Assembly (NCBI GenBank): GCA_964396055.1
Contig: CAYNDV010000005.1
Location: forward strand, 772-64,771
DNA from: an uncultured Vicinamibacterales bacterium
Lineage (GTDB): Bacteria > Acidobacteriota > Vicinamibacteria > Vicinamibacterales > JAKQTR01
Reading direction: 5' to 3'
Length of the DNA stretch: 64,000 nt
Shown: piece after piece, positions 1 to 7,611 of the stretch
How the letters are laid out: every line of letters starts with the position of its first letter
Position numbering within the stretch: the stretch's first letter is position 1
Translations under genes and position numbers: made by a program
Notes under the pieces: model-generated
What the model was told of the DNA's origin: nothing
Database searches by the model: none
Seen by the model: only the letters and a program-made list of their open reading frames with translations

Positions 1-193
1 TCCAGCCGTTGAAGTCGCCCACCACGGCCACGCCCGCGGCATTGGGCGCCCACACGGCGAAGCGCAGCCCGCTCACGCCGTCGTGCTCGACGACGTGCGC
101 GCCCAGCTTGCGGTAGATCTCGAAGTGGCGGCCTTCGCCGAAGAGGTGAAGGTCGAGGTCGGACAGGAGGGATGCGTCGTTCATGGCGGTCAT
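1..193 (-). CDS. glgB: 1,4-alpha-glucan branching enzyme, 5' portion (runs off the window start)
   Basis: Not in the ORF track. Manual translation from ATG 193: [64 protein letters not shown]. The LGAH...FAVWAPNA...VGDFNGW pattern is the GlgB N-terminal signature. Confidence 0.9.
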   Translation of the reverse strand, partial: MTAMNDASLLSDLDLHLFGEGRHFEIYRKLGAHVVEHDGVSGLRFAVWAPNAAGVAVVGDFNGW

Positions 194-287
194 CAGTACC
201 CAGCGCCTGCGGTCCGGAGTTCGTCGCGGGTCAGGACCCACGGACCAGTGCCCACGAGAGTTGCCCGTCCCTTCGTGGCGTCCGGCT

Positions 288-1208
288 TCAGCCGGACGCG
301 ATGAACTCCCCTTCAGCCACGAGAACGGCCTCGCCACCGACGCGCACGCTCGTGATCTCCGCCCCGTCGACGCCGATGGCGATGTGAATCCAGCTGGGCC
401 GCCCCATCTTCGCGCCCTGCAGGCTCAGGATGCCGCCGGCCCGCTCCGGCGGCACCACGCCGCACCTGACGAGGTAACACCCCAGCGGCCCGCTGGCCGA
501 CCCCGTAGCCGGGTCCTCGAAGATGCCCAGCCGCGGCGCGAACATGCGCGAGTACACGGTGGCGGCATCCGGTCCGCCCTCGGTCGAGAAGACGAACGCG
601 CCGTGGTCGTCCGCGCCGGCCGCGCGGCACATCGCCGTGAACGCTGCGCCGTCGGCCGACGCCGCGTCCACGTCGGCCCGCGTGCCCAGCGGGATGAAGA
701 CGAACGGCACGCCGCACGAGACTTCCTGCACCGGCAGGCCGGTGCGCCGGATGGCCAACTCGTCCACGCCCACGGCGCGCGCGGCGGCCGCCACATCAGC
801 GACCACCGGCCCGAAGACCGGCCGCCGCTGGTTCATCCACACGAAGCGGGGTGCGCCGCCGCTCCAGTCGATGTCCACCGGCGTCGGCCCCACGTTGAGT
901 CCGAACACCCAGCGCGCCCGCCCCGCGGGAATGATGCCGTCGTGCGCCAGGGCGAAGGTGGACCCCACCGTCGGGTGGCCGGCCATGGGCATCTCCTCGC
1001 CGGGCGTGAAGATCCGCATGCGGATGTCGGTGTCGGGCCGCTCCGGCGGCAGGACGAACGTGGACTCCGAGAAGTTGATCTCGCGGGCAATCGCCTGCAT
1101 CAACTCCCCGCTCAGGCCGTCGGCCTTCGGGAAGACCGCGAGCTGATTGCCGCCGAACCGCCGGCTGGTGAACACGTCCAGGTGCAGGTATCGGTATCGC
1201 TGGGACAT
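288..1208 (-). CDS. PhzF-family isomerase/epimerase
   Basis: DVFT...[35 protein letters not shown] and EDPATGSA motifs. Start moved to ATG 1208 (MSQRYRY). Confidence 0.9.
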   Translation of the reverse strand: MSQRYRYLHLDVFTSRRFGGNQLAVFPKADGLSGELMQAIAREINFSESTFVLPPERPDTDIRMRIFTPGEEMPMAGHPTVGSTFALAHDGIIPAGRARWVFGLNVGPTPVDIDWSGGAPRFVWMNQRRPVFGPVVADVAAAARAVGVDELAIRRTGLPVQEVSCGVPFVFIPLGTRADVDAASADGAAFTAMCRAAGADDHGAFVFSTEGGPDAATVYSRMFAPRLGIFEDPATGSASGPLGCYLVRCGVVPPERAGGILSLQGAKMGRPSWIHIAIGVDGAEITSVRVGGEAVLVAEGEFIASG

Positions 1209-1341
1209 CGGCACGACCTCAGCCGCCACGGGGAGCCGGAACGCCCTCCATGCTACCCCCAAACGGCACCGCGGGCGTGAATCGCGTGGGCTGCCGCACG
1301 TCACAGGCCGGCAGGTTTGACGTCCGCACGGCCTTGCAGGC

Positions 1342-1350
1342 TGTTAGGAT
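1342..1350 (+). promoter_or_regulatory. Extended -10 element (TGtTAGGAT) upstream of the cyclophilin gene
   Basis: TGn-TAnnnT pattern in the phzF/cyclophilin divergent intergenic region; no correctly spaced -35. Confidence 0.4.
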
Positions 1351-1401
1351 GGGGGGTCATCGTCGGCCCTGCGGCGGACTGTCCCGGAAAGGGGAAACGG
1401 T

Positions 1402-2004
1402 GTGATGCCGAGGAACACCTGCCCGTTCGCCTTCGTCACTCTACTCGTGCTGGCGCTTGGCGCCGGCGCCCTCGCGGAGACCACCATGCAGCCAGGCACG
1501 TACGCCACGTTCCAGACCACCGACGGCACGTTCACCATCCGGCTGTTCGAGGCCGAGACCCCGGTGACGGTCGCCAACTTCATCGGACTCGCGGAAGGCA
1601 CGATCGAGTGGACCGACCCGCGCAACGGCAAGAAGACGAAGCAGCCGTACTACGACGGCACCATCTTCCACCGGATCATCGACGGCTTCATGATCCAGGG
1701 CGGCGACCCCCTCGGCCAGGGCACCGGCGGGCCAGGCTTCACCTTCAAGGACGAGTTCCACCCGTCGCTGAAGCACGCGAAGGAAGGCATCCTGTCGATG
1801 GCCAACCGCGGGCCCAACACCAACGGCGGCCAGTTCTTCATCACCCTCGCGCCGACGCCCTGGCTCGACAACAAGCACAGCGTCTTCGGCGAGGTGGTGG
1901 AAGGCATGGAGGTGGTCCGCCAGATCGGCAAGGTGCCCACAGGGGCCGCCGACCGCCCGGTGAAGGATGTGCGCATCGAAAAGGTCACGATCACGAGGCG
2001 GTGA
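1402..2004 (+). CDS. ppiA: Cyclophilin-type peptidyl-prolyl cis-trans isomerase with signal peptide
   Basis: [50 protein letters not shown]; hydrophobic N-terminus. Confidence 0.92.
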   Translation: MMPRNTCPFAFVTLLVLALGAGALAETTMQPGTYATFQTTDGTFTIRLFEAETPVTVANFIGLAEGTIEWTDPRNGKKTKQPYYDGTIFHRIIDGFMIQGGDPLGQGTGGPGFTFKDEFHPSLKHAKEGILSMANRGPNTNGGQFFITLAPTPWLDNKHSVFGEVVEGMEVVRQIGKVPTGAADRPVKDVRIEKVTITRR

Positions 2005-2013
2005 TGAGGGGAA

Positions 2014-2040
2014 GGCCGTTCGGCCGTTCGGCCGTTCGGC
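2014..2040 (+). repeat. Short tandem repeat (GGCCGTTC)x3
   Basis: ggccgttc at 2014, 2022 and 2030, starting 9 nt after the cyclophilin stop. Confidence 0.9.
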
Positions 2041-2065
2041 GGTCACGCGCGCGCGGAGTACACCT

Positions 2066-4141
2066 ATGCGTCATTCACCGGTCGGACTCGTGCTGGTGCT
2101 GCTGGCCGTCGGTTTCTCAGCCGCAGACCCTCTCCCCGCGACCGCGTCGCGTGTGGTCGACTACCAGATCAGCGTGAAGCTGGACCCGCAGACGCACCAG
2201 CTCACGGGGACGGAGCGTCTCACGTGGCGCAACCCGTCCTCCGAGCCCGTGCCCGACCTGTGGTTCCACCTGTACCTGAACGCCTTCAAGAACACGAAGT
2301 CGACCTTCTACCGGGAGTCGGGCGGGCAGCTGCGCGGCGACCGGGCAGCGTCCGATTCGTGGGGCTGGATTGACGTCACGTCAATCCGGCTCTCGGGCGG
2401 AGCGGATCTCAAGGGGGCCCTCACCTTCGAGCATCCGGACGATGACAACGCCGACGACCAGACGGTGGCCCGCGTGCTGCTGCCGGAGGCGGTGCCCGCC
2501 GGCGGCTCGGTGACGCTGGAGATCGCCTTCACCGCGAAGCTGCCGCAGGTGTTCGCCCGCACCGGCTACAAGGACGACTTCTACCTCGTCGGCCAGTGGT
2601 TCCCGAAACTGGGGGTCTACGAGCCCGCCGGCATGCGGGGCCGCGCCACGGGGGGCTGGAACTGCCATCAGTTCCATGCCTCGTCCGAGTTCTACGCCGA
2701 CTACGGGACCTTCCGCGTCGAGATGACGGTGCCGTCCAGCTACGTGCTGGGCGCGACGGGCGTGCGGGTGGCCGAGCGGAAGAACGCCGACGGCACCACC
2801 ACCTACACCCACGAACAGGCCGACGTACACGACTTCGCCTGGACGGCCGACCCGGACTATCTCGTCGTGAAGGACACCTTCTCGGCCACGAAGGACGTCA
2901 CCCCGGCCGAATACCAGCGGATGGCCCAGCTCCTGGGACGGTCCCTGGACGAGGTGATGCTGTCCGACGTGGCAATCACCGCCCTTGTCCAGCCCGACCA
3001 CGCGCCGCAGGCGCAGCGGCACATCGACTCGGCGAAGGCCGCCATCAAGTGGTACGGCCTCTGGTATGGACGGTATCCCTTCAAGACGCTGACCGTGGTG
3101 GACCCCGCCCCGGGGGCCGGCGGCGCCGGGGGCATGGAGTACCCGACGCTCATCACGGCGGGCACCAGCTTCGTCTTCAACCGGTGGCCCCTCGACAAGG
3201 TGCGCGGCCTCGAGATGGTCACGATCCACGAGTTCGGCCACAACTTCTGGTACGGGCTCGTGGGCAACAACGAGTTCGAGGAGGCGTGGCTCGACGAGGG
3301 GCTCAACTCGTACTCGACCGGCAAGGTCATCGACACGGTGTACGGCGCGGACCGCGGGATGGTGGAGTTCCTCGGGCTGCGCATCGGCGAGGCCGACGTC
3401 CTGCGCGTCGTCAACAGCCCCGAGGCGAAGTACAACCGCATCCTCGCCCGGGCGTGGGACTACGTGCCGTCGGGCGACTACGGGTTCTATTCGTACCAGA
3501 AGCCCGAGCTGATGCTGCGCACCCTCGAGGGGCTGCTCGGGCAGCAGACCATGGCCCGCGTCATGCGGACGTACCACGAGCGCTGGCGCTTCGGGCACCC
3601 GCGCAGCGACGACTTCTTCGCCGTGGCGAACGAGGTGGCGGGTCAGGATCTCACCTGGTTCTTCGACCAGATCGTCCGCGGCACCGGCACCGTCGACTAC
3701 GACATCGGCTCGGCGATGACCCGGCAGCTGCCCGAGCCGCACGGCGTCTTCGACACGCCCCAGGGCCGCACGACCGTCTCGCGCGCGGACGCGCTGAAGG
3801 TGGACGCCGGGCGCGCCGCAGAGAAGCGCGCCCAGTACGAGTCGGTGGTCATCGTGCGGCGCCGCGGCGAAGCGTACGTGCCCGTGGAGGTGGCGTTCAA
3901 GTTCGAGGGCAAGCCCGTGGAGCGCCTGGCGTGGGACGGGCGCGACACGGCGAAGAAGTTCCACTTCCTCCGGGGCGAGAAGCTGGAATGGGTGGACATC
4001 GACCCCGATCGCAAGATCGCGCTCGACACCAACTGGCTGAACAACGGCCGGCGCATCGGCCCCGACACCCGGGTGTCCACGACGTGGACCGCCCGCTGGC
4101 TGTTCCTGGTCCAGAACGTCGTGGCGTGGCTGGGTCTCTGA
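2066..4141 (+). CDS. M1-family zinc aminopeptidase, secreted
   Basis: GGMEYP exopeptidase motif, HEFGH...WLDEG (HExxH-x18-E), signal peptide; ATG 2066 with GGAG RBS. Confidence 0.9.
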   Translation: MRHSPVGLVLVLLAVGFSAADPLPATASRVVDYQISVKLDPQTHQLTGTERLTWRNPSSEPVPDLWFHLYLNAFKNTKSTFYRESGGQLRGDRAASDSWGWIDVTSIRLSGGADLKGALTFEHPDDDNADDQTVARVLLPEAVPAGGSVTLEIAFTAKLPQVFARTGYKDDFYLVGQWFPKLGVYEPAGMRGRATGGWNCHQFHASSEFYADYGTFRVEMTVPSSYVLGATGVRVAERKNADGTTTYTHEQADVHDFAWTADPDYLVVKDTFSATKDVTPAEYQRMAQLLGRSLDEVMLSDVAITALVQPDHAPQAQRHIDSAKAAIKWYGLWYGRYPFKTLTVVDPAPGAGGAGGMEYPTLITAGTSFVFNRWPLDKVRGLEMVTIHEFGHNFWYGLVGNNEFEEAWLDEGLNSYSTGKVIDTVYGADRGMVEFLGLRIGEADVLRVVNSPEAKYNRILARAWDYVPSGDYGFYSYQKPELMLRTLEGLLGQQTMARVMRTYHERWRFGHPRSDDFFAVANEVAGQDLTWFFDQIVRGTGTVDYDIGSAMTRQLPEPHGVFDTPQGRTTVSRADALKVDAGRAAEKRAQYESVVIVRRRGEAYVPVEVAFKFEGKPVERLAWDGRDTAKKFHFLRGEKLEWVDIDPDRKIALDTNWLNNGRRIGPDTRVSTTWTARWLFLVQNVVAWLGL

Positions 4142-4161
4142 GGCACCGGAGGAGGACGATC

Positions 4162-5154
4162 ATGCTGACCAGTCTCATCAAGGGCCTCTGGACCGCGCTG
4201 AAGACGCCGAAGCTCGTGCTGCTGCTGTGGCTGTGGACGCTGCTGCTGGGCCTCGCGGCGGCCATGCCCGCGCGGGCATGGTTCAGTGCGGCCCTGGATC
4301 GGTCGCCGGAGGCCGCAGGGCTGCTGACCCGCTTCAGCTTCGGCACGTTCGCGGATCTCTCGAAATACCAGGCCATCGGGCCGCTCGCCCTGCTCGTCGC
4401 CGGCATCACCGGCATCGCCATCGTCGCCCTGGCCGGCAGCGCGTTTGTCGGCGGCGGCCTGATCGAGGTCATCGGCAGCCCCGCGGACTCGCGCACCTTC
4501 ATGCACCGCTTCTTCCGGGGCGGCGGCCACTTCTTCTGGCGGTTCGTCCGGCTCGCCGTGACGGCGGCGGTGCTGGGCGGCGTCGCCGTCGCGGTGGCGG
4601 CGGCCGCGGCAGGCGCGGCCGTCGAGCCCTTCACCGACTCGGAGTGGGAACCGGCCGGCCTGTTCTGGGGCCTGGTCGCGGCGGGTCTCGCCGGGCTCAT
4701 CGGCTTGTGGTTCGTCCTGGCGCTCGACTACGCCCGGATCCGCACGGCACGCGACGGCAGCCGCGGCATGGTGCGCGTCTACCTCGGATCGCTGGCGTTC
4801 GTGGCCCGGCACGTCGCCGGCACCTACCTCATCGCCCTGACGTGCCTGGCGGTGACCGGCGCGCTGCTCTTCGCCTACGTCGCGCACGAGGCCGCCTGGA
4901 CGATGTCTTCCTGGGCCGCGATCGGCATCCTGATCGCCACCCAGCAGGTCATCGTGCTGGCCCGCGCGGGCGTGCGGGTCACGCAGGTGGCGGCCGAGTG
5001 GCATTACTTTGCGGCGGCAGCGCCCCTGGTCCCGGCCACGTCACCGGTTGCGGCGGTGACGACGGCGGCGGTGGTTTCGTCGCCCGCTGAACCGGTGGCC
5101 GCCCCGCCAGACGAGCCGACACCCGAGGCGGGCGTGGCCCCACGGCAGGAGTGA
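4162..5154 (+). CDS. Multi-pass membrane protein of unknown function
   Basis: ATG 4162 after GGAGGAGG; about 6 hydrophobic segments and a Pro/Ala-rich tail. It is the 3' part of track ORF 2596..5154. Confidence 0.75.
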   Translation: MLTSLIKGLWTALKTPKLVLLLWLWTLLLGLAAAMPARAWFSAALDRSPEAAGLLTRFSFGTFADLSKYQAIGPLALLVAGITGIAIVALAGSAFVGGGLIEVIGSPADSRTFMHRFFRGGGHFFWRFVRLAVTAAVLGGVAVAVAAAAAGAAVEPFTDSEWEPAGLFWGLVAAGLAGLIGLWFVLALDYARIRTARDGSRGMVRVYLGSLAFVARHVAGTYLIALTCLAVTGALLFAYVAHEAAWTMSSWAAIGILIATQQVIVLARAGVRVTQVAAEWHYFAAAAPLVPATSPVAAVTTAAVVSSPAEPVAAPPDEPTPEAGVAPRQE

Positions 5155-5169
5155 GGCCCGGGCCTGCCC

Positions 5170-6489
5170 ATGCCTCAGACGCCGCTGCCCGCTTCGCTGC
5201 TGGCCTTCGCCACGACCCTGCACGTCGCCCTGCTCGTGCTGCGGCGGCACCGTCATCCAGCTGGGTCGTTCCCCTGGCCGGTGCTGCCGTCGATCGCGTT
5301 CGCCGCCAGCCCGTGGGTGTTCTCGACCACGACCGGCACGGCCGCGGGCCTGATCGTTCACCTGGCGTGGTTCATGGCCTGCGAATGGCTGATCCCGCGC
5401 CCCGCGCCTCCGTCCACGGCGACGGTCGCGGCGCCACCATCGCCGGCGCCCGCCGCTCGTCCGATCGCCACGCCGCGCGATTTCGTGCCGCTGCCCGTGC
5501 TGGCCGTCGTGGACGAATCGCCCACGATCCGCACGTTCCGCCTGTCGAGACCGTCCGGCTTCGCCTTCGAGGCCGGCCAGTTCCTCACCGTGCGGATCCA
5601 GGCGGACGGCAAGCCGCTCGTGCGCTGCTACTCGATCAGTTCGGCGCCCGAGGCGTCGGGCTACCTGGAGATCTCGGTCAAGCGGCAGGGACGGGTGTCG
5701 GGCCTGCTGCACGCCACGGTGCGGCCGGGTTCGCACCTCATGGTCCGCCCTCCGGCCGGCCGGTTCGTGTACCCGGCCCGCGACGACCGCCCACTCGTGC
5801 TGGTGGCGGGCGGCGTCGGCATCACGCCGCTCATCGCGATGCTGCGCCACGCGGTGGCCACCGAACCGGGCAGGCCGGTCACGTTGTTCTATTCGGCTCG
5901 GGGCCGCGACGAACTGGCCTTTGCCGACGAGATCGCGTGGCTGACCCGCCGCCATCCACAGGTTCGTGTCGTGACGATCCTGACCGGGCTGCCCGGTGCC
6001 GCGCCCGGGAACGGGCGACTGGGCGGCAACGTGCTCGCCACGCACATCCCTGACGCGGCCCACGCCGTGTTCATGATCTGCGGACCCGAGGCCATGATCC
6101 GCGACGTCCGCGCGGCGCTGACCGATCTCGGCGTGCCGGCCGATCAGATCCGGTCCGAGGTGTTCCAGCCGGCGGCCGCCATCGGCGCGAAACCGGCCGC
6201 AGACACCGAACAGCCGGCCGCCGCCCATGGCGTCGTCACGCTCACCCTGGCCCGCAGTCGGCGGACGGTACCCGTGCCGGACGGGCAGTCCCTGCTCGAG
6301 GCCGCCGAGGCTGCCGGGACCCCGGTGCCGTCGTTGTGCCGGGCCGGCGTCTGCCGCACCTGCCGGACCCGCCTGGTGTCGGGCGAGGTGTCGTGCTCCT
6401 CCGACGCGCTCGACAGCGCCGAGCGGGCCGAGGGCTGGACGCTGCCCTGCGTGGCCTGGGCGAAGACGGACTGCACGCTCGATGCGTGA
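5170..6489 (+). CDS. Membrane-anchored FAD/NAD(P)H oxidoreductase with C-terminal [2Fe-2S] ferredoxin (FNR/PaaE-like)
   Basis: RCYSISS (FAD), VAGGVGITP (NAD(P)), FMICGP, CRAGVCRTC...C (2Fe-2S); N-terminal ~75 aa with 2-3 hydrophobic segments. Confidence 0.88.
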   Translation: MPQTPLPASLLAFATTLHVALLVLRRHRHPAGSFPWPVLPSIAFAASPWVFSTTTGTAAGLIVHLAWFMACEWLIPRPAPPSTATVAAPPSPAPAARPIATPRDFVPLPVLAVVDESPTIRTFRLSRPSGFAFEAGQFLTVRIQADGKPLVRCYSISSAPEASGYLEISVKRQGRVSGLLHATVRPGSHLMVRPPAGRFVYPARDDRPLVLVAGGVGITPLIAMLRHAVATEPGRPVTLFYSARGRDELAFADEIAWLTRRHPQVRVVTILTGLPGAAPGNGRLGGNVLATHIPDAAHAVFMICGPEAMIRDVRAALTDLGVPADQIRSEVFQPAAAIGAKPAADTEQPAAAHGVVTLTLARSRRTVPVPDGQSLLEAAEAAGTPVPSLCRAGVCRTCRTRLVSGEVSCSSDALDSAERAEGWTLPCVAWAKTDCTLDA

Positions 6490-6492
6490 GAG

Positions 6493-6544
6493 GGCCATTC
6501 GGCCGTTCGGCCATTCGGCCCTGTGACCATTCAGCCGTTGGGCC
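6493..6544 (+). repeat. Degenerate 8-bp tandem repeat array (GGCCRTTC)
   Basis: ggccattc ggccgttc ggccattc ggccctgt gaccattc agccgttg ggcc, starting 3 nt after the reductase stop. Confidence 0.85.
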
Positions 6545-6550
6545 TACAAT
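6545..6550 (+). promoter_or_regulatory. -10 element TACAAT 6 nt before GTG 6557 (probable leaderless promoter)
   Basis: tacaat-tccccc-GTG with no Shine-Dalgarno; possible -35 gtgacc at 6523-6528 (16-nt spacer). Confidence 0.5.
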
Positions 6551-6556
6551 TCCCCC

Positions 6557-7375
6557 GTGACCCGTCGACGAGACCCCTTCGCGCTCGTACACGTGCTCGT
6601 CGTGAGCGCCATCGCGACGCTGCTGGTTGGCATCTGGGTGTTCATCGACCTCGGCGGCTGGTCGTACTACACCACCCCGCTGCGGGTTCGCGGCTACGCG
6701 CCGGCGCACGCCGCCCTGAAGCCCTCGGGCACCGTGGCGCACCTGCTGGGCGTCATCGGGCTGGCCATGATGACGGTGCCCGTCGTCTATTCGGTCCGGA
6801 AACAGTGGTCCCGGCTGGCGAACGCCGGGTCGCTGGCCACCTGGCTCGAGGTGCACATCTTCTGTGGCACCGTCGGGCCCGTCCTGGTCACGTTGCATTC
6901 CTCGTTCAAGTTCAACGGCCTCATCTCGGTGGCGTACTGGTCGATGGTGCTGGTGGCGCTGTCCGGCTTCGTCGGGCGCTATCTCTACGTGCGCATCCCG
7001 CGGACGATTCGCGGGGTGGAGTTGTCCCGCGAAGACATCGAGCGGCGGACGTCGGCGATCACGCAGAGCGTCGCGACGCTCGGGAGCGGCGAAACACTCG
7101 ACCTCCTGCGCGACGCGCGAGCCGACACGTGGCGGGCGCGGCGCCGCCTGCGGCGCGCGCTGATCGCCGCAGGCGTCGATGCCGCGACGGCGCAGGGGAT
7201 CACCGAGACCCTGGCGGAACGCGACGCGCTCACGCGGCGGCTGCGGCACCTTGCGCGCACGCAGCGCCTGTTTGCCGCGTGGCACGTGTTCCACCTGCCA
7301 CTGGTCTACGTGATGTTCGGCATCGCCGCCCTGCACGTGGCGCTCGCGATCTACATGGGCTACTCATTCTTCTGA
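6557..7375 (+). CDS. His-rich inner-membrane protein, cytochrome-b / ferric-reductase-like transmembrane domain
   Basis: 5-6 hydrophobic helices with His in or next to them: AHLLGVIG, WLEVHIFCG, LVTLHSS, WHVFHLP, ALHVAL; SGFVGRYLY motif. The heme b role is inferred. Confidence 0.65.
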   Translation: MTRRRDPFALVHVLVVSAIATLLVGIWVFIDLGGWSYYTTPLRVRGYAPAHAALKPSGTVAHLLGVIGLAMMTVPVVYSVRKQWSRLANAGSLATWLEVHIFCGTVGPVLVTLHSSFKFNGLISVAYWSMVLVALSGFVGRYLYVRIPRTIRGVELSREDIERRTSAITQSVATLGSGETLDLLRDARADTWRARRRLRRALIAAGVDAATAQGITETLAERDALTRRLRHLARTQRLFAAWHVFHLPLVYVMFGIAALHVALAIYMGYSFF

Positions 7376-7430
7376 GGCCGTTCGGCTGTGGGCCGTTCGG
7401 CCACTTGGCCTTCTGGCCGATCGGTCGGAC
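7376..7430 (+). repeat. Degenerate 8-bp tandem repeat array (GGCCGTTC-like)
   Basis: ggccgttc ggctgtg ggccgttc ggccactt ggccttct ggccgatc ggtcggac, directly abutting the stop at 7375. Confidence 0.85.
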
Positions 7431-7490
7431 GTCGATGTCGCCGAGCCTCGAGCCGAACGGCCTCTCTGCGATCCAGTCTCATGACCGGGG

Positions 7491-7506
7491 TGGCACGCCG
7501 GATGCT
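7491..7506 (+). promoter_or_regulatory. Sigma-54 (-24/-12) promoter upstream of the giant cytochrome gene
   Basis: TGGCACG-CCGG-ATGCT gives exact GG-N10-GC spacing (consensus TGGCACG-N4-TTGCW), about 105 nt before ATG 7612. It overlaps a TGcTAGACT extended -10 at 7503-7511. Confidence 0.6.
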
Positions 7507-7611
7507 AGACTCCCGCCTGGCAATCTCCGGCAACACCCTGTCGCGCCCCCACCGCGGCGTGCGCGATCGTATTGGCTGCCGCGATCGCCGTTCTCTGTCC
7601 CCGGGGGCCCC

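Noticed and set aside
2596-4161. N-terminal extensions making apparent fusions (852-aa ORF here; also 20497-22014, 23876-25138 and 56565-57380)
   Set aside because: Each extension overlaps a bona fide upstream gene in another frame; the true starts have an RBS or stop-start coupling.
6523-7611. 363-codon in-frame extension of the cytochrome ORF (1577 aa), which could suggest a frameshift fusion with the cytochrome-b-like gene
   Set aside because: The extension is Arg/Ala/Pro-rich off-frame text over a real gene and a repeat array. There is no slippery site, and a signal peptide and promoter precede ATG 7612. Long open frames are common at this GC content.
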